Shown here: positions 33,662 to 43,352 of the stretch, piece by piece | How the letters are laid out: every line of letters begins with the position of its first letter | How positions within the stretch are numbered: the first letter of the stretch is position 1 | DNA from: Anaerolineae bacterium | GTDB lineage: Bacteria > Chloroflexota > Limnocylindria > Limnocylindrales > CSP1-4 | Assembly (NCBI GenBank): GCA_035464455.1 | Contig: DATHSE010000171.1 | Location: forward strand, 1 to 49,564 | Length of the DNA stretch: 49,564 nucleotides | Reading direction: 5' to 3' | The notes under the pieces: generated by a model | What the model saw: the letters and a program-made list of their open reading frames with translations, nothing else | Databases searched by the model: none | What the model was told of the DNA's origin: nothing | Translations under genes and position numbers: made by a program

Positions 33662-35554
33662 ATGCCACTTCGCCGTGCCGTCGCGTTCGCCCAGGCGCTG
33701 ACGCTGATCATGCTGCTCCTGCCTGGGCCCGGACCGGCTGCCCCGGCGCTGGTGAGCGCTGCCTTCCAGCCAGCCGAAGACGAAGCCGTCAACGTCTTCG
33801 ACGCCGCCGGCAAGGGCATCGGGTGCCAGGCGGGCACGCGCAAGTACAAGGGGCCCGGACTGCCCAAGGACCCACCCTGGCCGCCGGGGGCGGAGCCCAC
33901 CCCCAGCCCGGAGCCGACGGCCGAGCCCTCCGCTGCTCAGCCGACCGCCGAGCCCTCCGCCGACCCTCCGGCCGAGCCCGACGACTCAGCCTTCTCGCTC
34001 TCCACGGCCGACCTGCTCATGGTGCAGGCCGAGCTCGAGCCCGCGCTGCCCGATGCCCCGGCCAGCCAGAGGTCGAGTCTGCTCCCCGGCATCGACGTGA
34101 GCCACCACAACGGTGACATCGACTACACCAGGGTCAGGGACGCCGGCCACCGCTTCGTGTTGATGAAGGCCACCCAGGCCATCGACTTCATCGACCCCAG
34201 GTTCACCACCAACCTGGCACGGGCACGCGCAGCGGGCCTGGCCGTGGGCGCGTACCACTTCTTCGACTACACGCTCGACGGCCGCTCACAGGCCGACCAC
34301 TTCCTCGATCGCGTGGAGGCCGCGGGTGGCATCGATGACGCGCTGCCACCGGTGGTCGACGTGGAGTGCTGGGCACCCATCGGCGCCTCCATCCACGCGG
34401 TCTCGGCTACGCGCCTGCGTGACTTCGTCGATCGCGTGTACGAGCGCACGGGTCGCCTGCCCATGGTCTACACCTCGGTGTTCATGTGGCGCGAGGTCGT
34501 GGGCAACGCCGAGGGCTTCGAGGACCTGCCGCTGTGGGCCGCCTGCTGGGGTTGCGACGAGCCGCCTTCGCTGGCGCCGGGCTGGGACGACTGGGCCTTC
34601 TGGCAGACCGGCCTGACCCGCATCCCCGACGTCGGCCGCCTCGACCACAACTACTTCGGCGGCCGCGGCAGGGACCTCGAGGCGCTCAAGCTGCGGCCGT
34701 TCAGCATCGAGGGTGGCGCCCTAGCGACGGCGGCGGAGCGCGTGGAGCTCGATCTCGGCGGGCGCGTCGGCAGCCATATCCGCACCTCACCCGACGGCGA
34801 GACCTGGTCCAGCTGGGTCCGCATCCGATCGACGCCGACGGCCGAGCTGCCGTCCGCAGAGGGGGAGTACACCATCTTCGCGCAGCTCCGCAACGGGACG
34901 GACCTTGAGTCCCCCGTGCTGAGCGACAGCATCATGGTCGACCTTACCCCGCCGCAGATGGCAGCACCGATGGTCTCGCTGCGCACGGGCGAGCTGGGGG
35001 AGGGGACAGCCAGCCTGCCCGTGATGGTCAGCTGGGAGGCGCGGGATGACGTTGCCGGGCTGTCGGACGCGTCGGTCCTGGCCGACTGCGGTGAGGTCGG
35101 CACGCAGCGCAGCAACGCCCCCGCCGCTGCCCCGCCCGGCGAGGCGGCGGTTCAGGAGGTGCCGGCGTCGCTGCTCCCTGACGCCGACTGCGACATCACC
35201 GCCATCAGCCGTGATGGCGCCGGCAACTCCGCGCGCGCCAGCAGTGACGAGGCGGTGACGCTGACGCTCCACGATGAGGCCACGGCCATCGCCGGCGAGC
35301 AGGTCGGCGTCATCGCCAGTCGCGGCCCCGACGGCGGCCGAGCGGTCGTGCTGCTCGACGGGGAGGCAGTGGGGCTGGTGGACCTGTATGCGCCGGAGGT
35401 GAGCGGGCCGGAGGTCGTGTTCGTTGCCGACCTGGCCGACGGCGTTCACTCCGTCGAGCTCGAGCCAACGGGCACGGCCGATGCGGCGTCGGCCGGCAGC
35501 GCCGTCGTCGTCGACGGCTATGTCACCCTCGCGCGTCAGGCCAGCAGCGCATAA
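33662..35554 (+). CDS. Secreted glycoside hydrolase family 25 muramidase (lysozyme) with C-terminal Ig-like/beta-rich region
   Basis: Signal peptide. GH25 core GIDVSHHNGDIDYTRVRDAGHRFVLMKATQAIDFIDPRFTTNLARARAAGLAVGAYHFFDY .. LPLWAACWG. Confidence 0.85.
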   Translation: MPLRRAVAFAQALTLIMLLLPGPGPAAPALVSAAFQPAEDEAVNVFDAAGKGIGCQAGTRKYKGPGLPKDPPWPPGAEPTPSPEPTAEPSAAQPTAEPSADPPAEPDDSAFSLSTADLLMVQAELEPALPDAPASQRSSLLPGIDVSHHNGDIDYTRVRDAGHRFVLMKATQAIDFIDPRFTTNLARARAAGLAVGAYHFFDYTLDGRSQADHFLDRVEAAGGIDDALPPVVDVECWAPIGASIHAVSATRLRDFVDRVYERTGRLPMVYTSVFMWREVVGNAEGFEDLPLWAACWGCDEPPSLAPGWDDWAFWQTGLTRIPDVGRLDHNYFGGRGRDLEALKLRPFSIEGGALATAAERVELDLGGRVGSHIRTSPDGETWSSWVRIRSTPTAELPSAEGEYTIFAQLRNGTDLESPVLSDSIMVDLTPPQMAAPMVSLRTGELGEGTASLPVMVSWEARDDVAGLSDASVLADCGEVGTQRSNAPAAAPPGEAAVQEVPASLLPDADCDITAISRDGAGNSARASSDEAVTLTLHDEATAIAGEQVGVIASRGPDGGRAVVLLDGEAVGLVDLYAPEVSGPEVVFVADLADGVHSVELEPTGTADAASAGSAVVVDGYVTLARQASSA

Positions 35555-36012
35555 CGCATGAGCGGGATGCTGCGTCCGGGCAGCAGCTGGGAGGGTGACA
35601 TCCCCACCCGCTCGGCGCCAAGGCGCAGGTAGAAGGACTCGGCGAACGGATCGCTCTCGAACTCCATCACGCCGGCGCCCCATTCGCGCGCGACGCTGGC
35701 AGCACGTAGGAACAGCTGCCGACCGACGCCCTGCCCCATGGCATCGGGATCGACGAAGAGGTCCTCGAGGAAGGCCAGCTCGGTGAGGCGCCGCAGCCGG
35801 TAGAAGCCGAGCAGTCCGGTGCTGCCTTCCAGCACCTCGACCTGCTGGTCACCGGCCAGCAGGTCATCCGGGACGCACGTCAACGCCGGCGTCATGGTGG
35901 CCATGAACGCCTCGTCGTAGCCCCAGTGTCGCTTGGAGCGTAGCGTCAGGCTGGTGATGGCCTCGGCATCGCCCCGCCGGGCGCGGCGCAGGTGAGCACG
36001 CCGAGACGTCAC
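35536..36012 (-). CDS. GNAT family N-acetyltransferase
   Basis: Acetyl-CoA binding segment LFVDPDAMGQGVGRQLFLRAASVAREWG. Start set at GTG 36012 with AGGAGG 4 nt upstream. The 3' end overlaps the convergent GH25 gene by 19 nt. Confidence 0.8.
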   Translation of the reverse strand: MTSRRAHLRRARRGDAEAITSLTLRSKRHWGYDEAFMATMTPALTCVPDDLLAGDQQVEVLEGSTGLLGFYRLRRLTELAFLEDLFVDPDAMGQGVGRQLFLRAASVAREWGAGVMEFESDPFAESFYLRLGAERVGMSPSQLLPGRSIPLMRYALLA

Positions 36013-36073
36013 CCGACCTCCTTTCCGTGCTGCCGTGCAGCTCTGCACCGCGTGCAGCCGTGCACCCGTGCTA

Positions 36074-38920
36074 CTAGCGGCTCCTGCCCTTCTTCGTCCA
36101 GTGTGGCTTTGACTGCCTTGCCCAGGGCGGACCGGACTGCCGGCGCAGGATCACCCACAGGCCCAACACACCCAGCACCGCGACGCCGAAGAAGACGAGC
36201 CCGGCCAGCCGCAGCCCGCCGCTCGACGCACCATTGTTGATGAGCGAGACGATCTCCGACGACTTGTCGATGACCACGTCCACCCGGCCTTCGATGGCCG
36301 CGTCCTTGGCCTGCTGGAGCGGCCCTTCCACGTCGACGCCCCACAGGCCGAAATCGGTGAGCAGATCGCGGTCGTCCTTGACGGCGTTATCGGCGCGGTT
36401 GATGTAGTCGGCAGCGTTCTTCCACTTCTCGGCCGTGTCGGCACCTCCCTGCAGCTCCTCCAGGCTCTGGGCGTTCTCGAAGCCCTCCCTGGCGCGCTCC
36501 AGCGCCCTGAACTCGGCCCAGGCCTGGTCGGCCTTCCAGGCTTCGTCCACCCAGCGCCGGGCGGCGTCGGCCGTGAGAGCGGCGGCGGCGAAGTCACGCG
36601 CCTCCACCGGGTCCGTCACTACTGCCGGGATCTGCCAGTCGGGCACGCGTTCGCGCAACAGCTTGAGGGCGCTACCCACCCGCTCTGCCTCTGTGCTGCG
36701 GGTCTCGGCCTCGGTCCTCAGGCTGGCCATGCCGTCGGCGGTGGTCACGGCCTCGAACTTGGGCCGGAGGTCGGTACTCAGCCGAGCCTCGGGCAGGGCG
36801 AGGTCGGCGACGCGCGCGGCTCGCACTACGGCCCGCGCATCTTCGATGATGGCGCGGCCGGCGGTGATCTGGCCAGCCTCGATGGGGTCGGTCACGGCTG
36901 CCGGGATCTGCCACTCGCCGACCTCGGTGCGCAGCAGTCCGAGGGCGCCGCCGGTCGCCTCAGCCTCACGCCGGACCTGGGCCGCCTCGGCGGCGAGGTC
37001 CTCAAGCTCGGTCTGCGTGGCGCTCTCGCGGTACCGTGAGGCGAACAGCTCCACGAGGCCGGCGGCCGGCAGGGCTGCGTCGGCAGCGCTGATGTCCCGC
37101 GCGATCTCGCGGGCCGGTGAGACGGCGGCCATGGCGTCCTCGAAGCGGCGCTCGTCGATGGCCGTGTCGATAGCGGCGGGGCGTTCCCACGTCAGAGGTA
37201 AGGCCTCCTCCAGCTGAGCCAGTGGCTCGAACAGCTCGCCGGCCTCCTCGAGCAGATCGAACGCATCGGTCCGAACGTCCTCGACCTCCTCGACGCTGGC
37301 GGCACTCTCGAAGTCCCGCTGCATGAGCGGGATGAGCCCCGCCGTCGGCAGCAGCTCGTCAGCTTCCTGGAGTGCCCTGAGGACCTCGTACGACATGTCC
37401 AGCGCCTCGGTTGCGTCGCTGAACCTCCAGTCGTCCATGGCCTTGCGCACGGCCAGCGGCGCGCCCAGGGGCGCGGCGTCGGCGAGGAACTGGTGATAGT
37501 AGGCGCGCGCGGCGGAGCGCTCGGCAAGCTGGGGGCCGTCGCTGGCGATGCCGTAGTCGTCGAGCAGGTCCTGGGCGAAGTCGAGCTCATCGAGGTTGGC
37601 GGCGAAGGCAGGGTCGGCGGCCGCGGGCACCAGGCCTCGCTCGTCGACCGCGTCAAGCCACTCGCGGTAGTCGACGCTGGGGAAGGGGACGGCCTCGGGC
37701 CCGGAGCGGCCCACGTACTTGGTTTCGCTGTCGAGCAGGGAGCCGATCACCTCGCGCCACTGCTCGGCAGGCATGCGCGCGGCGACGGCGCTGACGATGC
37801 CGCAGGCGGCGGCGTCCTGGTCGGCGATGAGCTGTTCCCAGCCCTCGTCCAGCGTGGGCCGCACGACCTGCCAGACGGACAGGTCCAGGTCGCTGGTGTT
37901 GGGCCCCGCGGGCGCGCAGACCTCGCCGCCCATGGCGGTGGCGGTCCAGAGTGCCATGCCCTCGCGCAGCCAAAGCTCCCTGAAGATGTCGGTGGTGAAC
38001 CAGGCGTGCGCCAGCTCGTGGACAGGGTCCCTGGGAGCATCCTCGTCGAGCTGCACGACGCCGGGCGTGTCGTGCGCGCTGGCATAGCCGCCCAGCTTGC
38101 GCGGCGGTGCCATGCGGATGATGACCGGGGCCTCGCCGGGGATGTCGTGGCCGAGGAAGCGGTGGATGTCATCCAGCGCCGGCTTGGAGCGCGCCTCGGC
38201 GGCGTCCAGCCAGTTCGTCGCGTCGCTCCACGCCTGCAGCACGAACGGGCGGCCGGCCGGGCCGACGAACGAGCGGGGGGCGAGATCGCTCTCGCGAACA
38301 CCTTCGACGCAGGAGAAGATATCGGCCGGGACGCGACTCTCCTCGGACTCGAGACGGTTGGTGCCCGACTTCTTGAGCGGCGTACCGCTCTGGGTCAGGG
38401 TCCACGCCGCATCATCGTCGACGTCGATCACGACCTTGCCCCTATCGGCGTCCTGGCCCAGCACGCAGATGTAGAAGTAGCTGCTGTCTACGCGGGCCGG
38501 CGTGCTCTCGAGGGTGGCGCGTTCCTGCCCCACCCTGGCGTCGATGGCATAGGTGAGCTCGAGCCGCTCGCGCTTGCCGGCGTCGATCTCGGGCGTCTGC
38601 ACTCGGAACGTCTTCCACAGCCCGGGTGCGCCCTGGTATTTGTCGATCAGCTCGAAGGAATCTCCCAGGACGACGGGTACCGCGCGTTCCTCGACCACGA
38701 TGGGCCCCCATGCCTGGGGCTGGAACGGCGATCGGTCCTTGTTGTCCAGTCTGAAGACCACTTGCACGTCGATCTTGCCCTCGCCCGGGACGACGTTGTA
38801 GGTGGTGATGAAGCTCTCGTTGAGCTCGTCGGTGCTGGCAGCGACGGGCAGGGCCATCACGATCGTGGCGACGAGCGTGAGCAGCAGGGATACGAGGGCG
38901 CGGCAGGCCCCAGACGACAT
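36074..38920 (-). CDS. Membrane-anchored M1-like (gluzincin) zinc metallopeptidase with a long repeated helical region
   Basis: Signal peptide MSSGACRALVSLLLTLVATIVMALPVAAS. HELAH (encoded 38006-38020) is followed by WLREG, as in the M1 HExxH..WLxEG signature. There are two ~90-aa internal repeats (..W(Q)IPA(A/V)VTDP(I/V)EA..) and a C-terminal TM helix LAGLVFFGVAVLGVLGLWVIL. Confidence 0.75.
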   Translation of the reverse strand: MSSGACRALVSLLLTLVATIVMALPVAASTDELNESFITTYNVVPGEGKIDVQVVFRLDNKDRSPFQPQAWGPIVVEERAVPVVLGDSFELIDKYQGAPGLWKTFRVQTPEIDAGKRERLELTYAIDARVGQERATLESTPARVDSSYFYICVLGQDADRGKVVIDVDDDAAWTLTQSGTPLKKSGTNRLESEESRVPADIFSCVEGVRESDLAPRSFVGPAGRPFVLQAWSDATNWLDAAEARSKPALDDIHRFLGHDIPGEAPVIIRMAPPRKLGGYASAHDTPGVVQLDEDAPRDPVHELAHAWFTTDIFRELWLREGMALWTATAMGGEVCAPAGPNTSDLDLSVWQVVRPTLDEGWEQLIADQDAAACGIVSAVAARMPAEQWREVIGSLLDSETKYVGRSGPEAVPFPSVDYREWLDAVDERGLVPAAADPAFAANLDELDFAQDLLDDYGIASDGPQLAERSAARAYYHQFLADAAPLGAPLAVRKAMDDWRFSDATEALDMSYEVLRALQEADELLPTAGLIPLMQRDFESAASVEEVEDVRTDAFDLLEEAGELFEPLAQLEEALPLTWERPAAIDTAIDERRFEDAMAAVSPAREIARDISAADAALPAAGLVELFASRYRESATQTELEDLAAEAAQVRREAEATGGALGLLRTEVGEWQIPAAVTDPIEAGQITAGRAIIEDARAVVRAARVADLALPEARLSTDLRPKFEAVTTADGMASLRTEAETRSTEAERVGSALKLLRERVPDWQIPAVVTDPVEARDFAAAALTADAARRWVDEAWKADQAWAEFRALERAREGFENAQSLEELQGGADTAEKWKNAADYINRADNAVKDDRDLLTDFGLWGVDVEGPLQQAKDAAIEGRVDVVIDKSSEIVSLINNGASSGGLRLAGLVFFGVAVLGVLGLWVILRRQSGPPWARQSKPHWTKKGRSR

Positions 38921-39054
38921 GGGACGTTCCTCGTGTGCGGGGAATCGACGGCTGTGCGGTTGGGTGTGGTCCGGACCGTAGCTCCAATCGCGCAGAGCGA
39001 CAAGGTGGACCATCGGCAGGACCCGGGCAGGACCGCTCACCCATACTCAGGGAC

Positions 39055-40269
39055 ATGACCCCGCGACGCCTCCGCACCCTTTTCGCCGTGCAGGGCGTCG
39101 CCTTCGGCCTGCTGATGCCGTTCCCGGTGCCACTGCTCGACGAGCGAGGTATGGGGGCTGCCGAGATCGGGCTCATCCTCAGCCTGGCCGGGTTGGCCTC
39201 GCTGGCGGCGTATCCGGTGTGGGGCGCCATCGCCGATGGCTGGCTGGGGCGGCCGCGGACGATCGCGCTGGCGAGCCTGGTGGGTGCAGCCGGCGGCGTC
39301 GCCATCATGCTCGCCGACAGCGACCCGGTGCTGCTGACACTGGCGCTGTCGCTGGCCCTGGCCGGCGCCCTGTCCTGGGGGCCGCTGGTGGATGCGCTCG
39401 TCCTGGGTGAGCTGGGCGACGGATCCTCCGACTACGGACGCCTGCGGGTGTGGGCCTCCGCGGGCTGGGCGGTCTCGGCCACCGTCGGTGGTGCCATGTG
39501 GGTGACCGTCGGGCCGGAATCCGTCTTCACCGCCTTCACGCTCGGTTCGCTGCTGCTGGCTGGGCTGGTGCTCCTGCCGGTGTCGGCACGTGCGAAGCGT
39601 GGCCTCGGAGCGGAGGCTCCGCCACACCCGTCGCTGCGGGGCTGGCTGCCGCTGTTCCTCAGCCCCGTGCTGCTGGGCTTCCTTGCCGGGCTGTTGCTGA
39701 CGTCCATCGGCGAGCACGCATCGTGGCGCTTCATCAGCCTGCGCATCCTCGACCAGGGCGGCGGCGTGTTCCTCGTCGGCCTGGCAGCAGCGCTGCCGGC
39801 GGTGGTCGAGATCCCCGTGTTCGCCTCGTCCCGGCGGTTGGCGCCGAGCCTCGGCCTGCGCGGGCTCTTCGTGGGCGGGGCGGTGCTGGCTGCGGTGCTG
39901 ATGACGCTGGTAGCGGTGGCGCCCGAGGCCTGGATGGTGACCGGTTTGCGCACGTTGGACGGCGTCCCCTACGCACTGCGCTACATGGGCATGGTGCTCA
40001 TCATCGGCGTGCTGCTGCCCCGGCACCTCTACGCCATGGGCCAGGCGGTGGCGTGGTTCATCTACGCCGGCATCGCCCCCATCCTCGCCGATGCCGCGGG
40101 CGGGCTCGTGTACGACGCGTTCGGCGCCCCGGTCCTGTTCGTGGCTGCCGCCCTGGTGCTGCTCCTCGGCGGCGCCATCGTCCGCCTGGTATTGCGCGGT
40201 CCGGCGTTCGGGCGGCAACGGGTCCCCCCGCTGGCCGGGGATGTGCCGCCGCCGCTGCCGCCCGCCTGA
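39055..40269 (+). CDS. MFS transporter
   Basis: About 12 hydrophobic helices. Start at ATG 39055 (MTPRRLRTLFAVQGVAFGLL..). Confidence 0.8.
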   Translation: MTPRRLRTLFAVQGVAFGLLMPFPVPLLDERGMGAAEIGLILSLAGLASLAAYPVWGAIADGWLGRPRTIALASLVGAAGGVAIMLADSDPVLLTLALSLALAGALSWGPLVDALVLGELGDGSSDYGRLRVWASAGWAVSATVGGAMWVTVGPESVFTAFTLGSLLLAGLVLLPVSARAKRGLGAEAPPHPSLRGWLPLFLSPVLLGFLAGLLLTSIGEHASWRFISLRILDQGGGVFLVGLAAALPAVVEIPVFASSRRLAPSLGLRGLFVGGAVLAAVLMTLVAVAPEAWMVTGLRTLDGVPYALRYMGMVLIIGVLLPRHLYAMGQAVAWFIYAGIAPILADAAGGLVYDAFGAPVLFVAAALVLLLGGAIVRLVLRGPAFGRQRVPPLAGDVPPPLPPA

Positions 40270-40297
40270 GGCTCAGCGGCCGCCGCCAGCCTGGGGC

Positions 40298-41419
40298 TCA
40301 GCCGCCCACGATCCACGCTCCGTGGCGCATGACGCGACGGACGGCGAAGGTGGCAGCGTCGAGCTCCACGAGGTCGGCCCGCAGGCCGGCCGCGAGGTGC
40401 CCGCGATCGGCCAGGCCCAGCAGCTCGGCCGGGTTGGCAGTCGCAGCCCGTACCGCGTCAGGCAGCGCGACGCCAGCACGCACGACGTTGCGCAACTCGA
40501 GGTCCAGGGCGGTGACCGAACCTGCCAGATTGCCGCCCTCCACGAGCGTGGCCATGTCACCGTCCACGCGCACCTCCAGCTCCCCAAGCATGCCGCGATC
40601 GCGGCCGGAGCCCGCGAGTGCGATGGCGTCGCTCACCAGCAGCACCCGCTCGGCCGGCTTCAGGCGCCAGATGAGCGGCCACAGGTCGGGATCGACGTGC
40701 AGCGTGTCGGCGATGAGCTCCACCCACACCGCATCGTCGAGCAGCGCTGCCAGGGCCAGCCCCGGCTCGCGGTGGAGGACGCCGATCATGGCGTTGAAGA
40801 GGTGCGTGGTGGTGACCGCGCCGGCCTCGTAGCCGCGGCGGGACTGGGCGACCGTGGCAGCCGAGTGGCCCAATGACACGCGCACCCCGCGGGCGGCGAG
40901 GCGCTCGATGAGCTCGGGGGCGCCGCGCAGCTCGGGCGCGATGGTGATGACCCGCAGGCCCTCGACGAAGGTGGCCAGGCGATCCTCGTCGAGATCCTCG
41001 GGATGGCGCAGCAGGTGCGCCGGGTGGGCGCCTCGCTTCTGCTCGGCGAGGAACGGTCCCTCCATGTTGAAGCCGAGCGGCTCGGCACCGTCGTCCGGCG
41101 CCAGGGGCAGCCACTCGCGCACCGAGTCGGCGAAGCGGGTGAGCTTCTCGAACGAGGCTGTCACCGACGTGGGCAGGAACGAGGTCACGCCGCGAGCGGC
41201 CAGAGCCCGGGCCATGCCGCTGAGCGCCTCGGTGCCGCCCATGGCGTCGTGGCCGCCCCAGCCGTGCACGTGCACGTCGATGAATCCGGGCACGACGATG
41301 AGGCTGCCGTCGACCGCCCCGTCCGGCTCCAGTCGCACGATGCGGCCGTCCTCGACGACGACACGCCCCAGCAGCTCGCCGTCATCGACGATGAGCCGGC
41401 CCGCCAGCAGCTCAGTCAT
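40298..41419 (-). CDS. nagA: N-acetylglucosamine-6-phosphate deacetylase
   Basis: GFIDVHVHGWGGHD, SLGHSAAT, THLFNAM and GSVTALD are amidohydrolase/NagA motifs. The ATG at 41419 overlaps the upstream gene by 8 nt. Confidence 0.85.
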   Translation of the reverse strand: MTELLAGRLIVDDGELLGRVVVEDGRIVRLEPDGAVDGSLIVVPGFIDVHVHGWGGHDAMGGTEALSGMARALAARGVTSFLPTSVTASFEKLTRFADSVREWLPLAPDDGAEPLGFNMEGPFLAEQKRGAHPAHLLRHPEDLDEDRLATFVEGLRVITIAPELRGAPELIERLAARGVRVSLGHSAATVAQSRRGYEAGAVTTTHLFNAMIGVLHREPGLALAALLDDAVWVELIADTLHVDPDLWPLIWRLKPAERVLLVSDAIALAGSGRDRGMLGELEVRVDGDMATLVEGGNLAGSVTALDLELRNVVRAGVALPDAVRAATANPAELLGLADRGHLAAGLRADLVELDAATFAVRRVMRHGAWIVGG

Positions 41420-42560
41420 AGTCGCCGGCTTCCTCGACGGCCTCCCAGAAGGCCAGGATGTTCTCCACCGGCACCTGGGCCTGCATGTTATGGATGCTGG
41501 CGATGACGAAGCCACCGCCGGGCTTGAGGTCCTCGATGCGCCGCATGGTCTCGGCCTTGACCTGCTCGGGCGTGCCCCGTGCGAGTGTCTTCTGCGGGTC
41601 CAGGGTTCCTCCCCAGAAGGTGATGTCCCTGCCGAACTCGGCCTTGAGCGTGGCCGTCTCCATGCCCTCGGCAGAGACCTGCACCGGGTTGAGTGCGTCC
41701 ACGCCGATGTCGATGAGATCGGGGATGAGGTCCCTGATGGCCCCGCAGGAGTGCAGGAAGAAGCGGGCGTTGGAGCGACTCTTGATGTAGTCCACGATCT
41801 GCTTGTGCAGCGGCTTGACGATGTCGCGATAGGCCTGCGGGCTGAACAGCGGCGCGTGCTGGGCGCCCAGGTCGTCGGCCTCGGCGGCGATGTCGATGTC
41901 GGGCCCGATCTCGTCGAGCACCTTCTCCCAGTAGGCCAGCTTGAGCTGGGTGATCTTCTCCATCAGCCGGCGTGCCAGCTCCGGCCGCAGCGCCATGTCC
42001 ATGTAGCCGTCTTCGTAACCGCGCATGCGGAAGTGCATCTCGGTCACGCCGGCGCACAGCGAGCCCACGAAGACAGCGCGCCTCTCGACCTCGCGGATAT
42101 GGGTCGCCCGCGCCTTCATGTCCTTGAACCGCCCGGCGTCCCGGGGGTCCGGCCAGGGGTAGGCGTCGATGTCGGCGAAGCTGATGTCGCCCGACAGGGG
42201 CGAGGTGGTGGACTCGTAGTAGAGCCCGCCGACCGGACGAGCGCGCAGCACCCCGAACTCGTCGAGGAAGCGCTCGTACTGCCCGTCGTCGACGACCTCG
42301 CGCCGGTACGTCGAGGGCGAGCCGGCCGACACCAGCGCCACGTCGGCGCCGAAGCGCTCCAGCACGTCGTCGTGGACGTGGGCCAGGCCCTGGGTGGTGT
42401 CGACGATGGTGATGTCCGCCTCCGGCAGGCCTAACGCCGGCCGGAGGCGACGGTAGGCCTCGGCGTGGATGCTGCTGTAGCGGGTGCCGGCCAGGTCCCG
42501 CGGGACGCGGTCCGCTTGTTCGTGGTCCAGTGCGGCCAGCACGCGATCTCGGGGCTCCAT
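41412..42560 (-). CDS. Uroporphyrinogen decarboxylase (URO-D) family protein of unknown substrate
   Basis: 382 aa. The N-terminal ..ALDHEQADRVPRD.. and C-terminal ..FLHSCGAIRDLIPDLIDIGVDALNPVQ..FWGG.. layout is typical of the URO-D/MtaA-like TIM-barrel family. Confidence 0.7.
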   Translation of the reverse strand: MEPRDRVLAALDHEQADRVPRDLAGTRYSSIHAEAYRRLRPALGLPEADITIVDTTQGLAHVHDDVLERFGADVALVSAGSPSTYRREVVDDGQYERFLDEFGVLRARPVGGLYYESTTSPLSGDISFADIDAYPWPDPRDAGRFKDMKARATHIREVERRAVFVGSLCAGVTEMHFRMRGYEDGYMDMALRPELARRLMEKITQLKLAYWEKVLDEIGPDIDIAAEADDLGAQHAPLFSPQAYRDIVKPLHKQIVDYIKSRSNARFFLHSCGAIRDLIPDLIDIGVDALNPVQVSAEGMETATLKAEFGRDITFWGGTLDPQKTLARGTPEQVKAETMRRIEDLKPGGGFVIASIHNMQAQVPVENILAFWEAVEEAGDYD

Positions 42561-42602
42561 GGCTACTCCCTTGGGCCGGCCGGGGCCGGCGCAGTCTGCA
42601 GT

Positions 42603-43352
42603 TCAGGCATCCGGCGAGATGGTGACGGCGCCGCTGTCCTCGACGGAGAAGCCGACGTTCAGACCGTAGCGGTCGGCGGCATACCTCGATTCGGTGCGCT
42701 CGATGGGTCGACCTCGCTGGTCGAAGATGAGCCGGCGCTCGACGAGCATGGGCTCGCCGGTGGCCACTCCCAGGAGCACGGCGTCGTCGCGAGTCGCGGC
42801 CTCGGCGCGGATGGACGACTTGCCCCGCGAGGGCACCATGCCGTCGCGGATGAGCGCCTCGTGCAGCGAGCCCGTTTCCAGGTCGGCCGCCAGCACCGAG
42901 CCGATGCAGCGCGAGGCCAGCACCGCCCGCTCGACCGCGACCGGCCGTCCGTCGGCCAGGCGAACGCGCCGCAGGTCCACGACGTCGGCCCCGTGTGCGA
43001 CGCGCAGCTCGCTGCGCTCGCCATCGGTGGGCGGCCGCACGACGCGCTCCACGATGCGCGAGCTGGGCCGGCGGCCTTGCCGCCGCATCTCGTGGCTGAA
43101 CGTCATCAGGAAGTTGGCGCGACGGTGGGTGGGTGGCTCGGCCACGAACGTGCCGCGGCCCGGGTCGCGGCGCACGAGCCCTTCCTCGGCCAGCTGCGCC
43201 ATGGCATGCCGTGCGGTCATGCGGCTGACCCCGAACTCGGCGCACAGGTCCGCGTCCGAGGGCAGGCGTTGGCCCGGTCGCAGCCGCGAGATGCGCGCGC
43301 GCAGGGCCTGCTCGATCTCGCGGTAGCGGGGGGCGTAGGTGAGCTCTGTCAC
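42603..43352 (-). CDS. GntR family (HutC/UTRA subfamily) transcriptional regulator
   Basis: wHTH LPSDADLCAEFGVSRMTARHAMAQLAEEGLVRRDPGRGTFV plus a UTRA-like C-terminus. GTG 43352 overlaps the ROK stop (GTGA). Confidence 0.85.
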   Translation of the reverse strand: MTELTYAPRYREIEQALRARISRLRPGQRLPSDADLCAEFGVSRMTARHAMAQLAEEGLVRRDPGRGTFVAEPPTHRRANFLMTFSHEMRRQGRRPSSRIVERVVRPPTDGERSELRVAHGADVVDLRRVRLADGRPVAVERAVLASRCIGSVLAADLETGSLHEALIRDGMVPSRGKSSIRAEAATRDDAVLLGVATGEPMLVERRLIFDQRGRPIERTESRYAADRYGLNVGFSVEDSGAVTISPDA

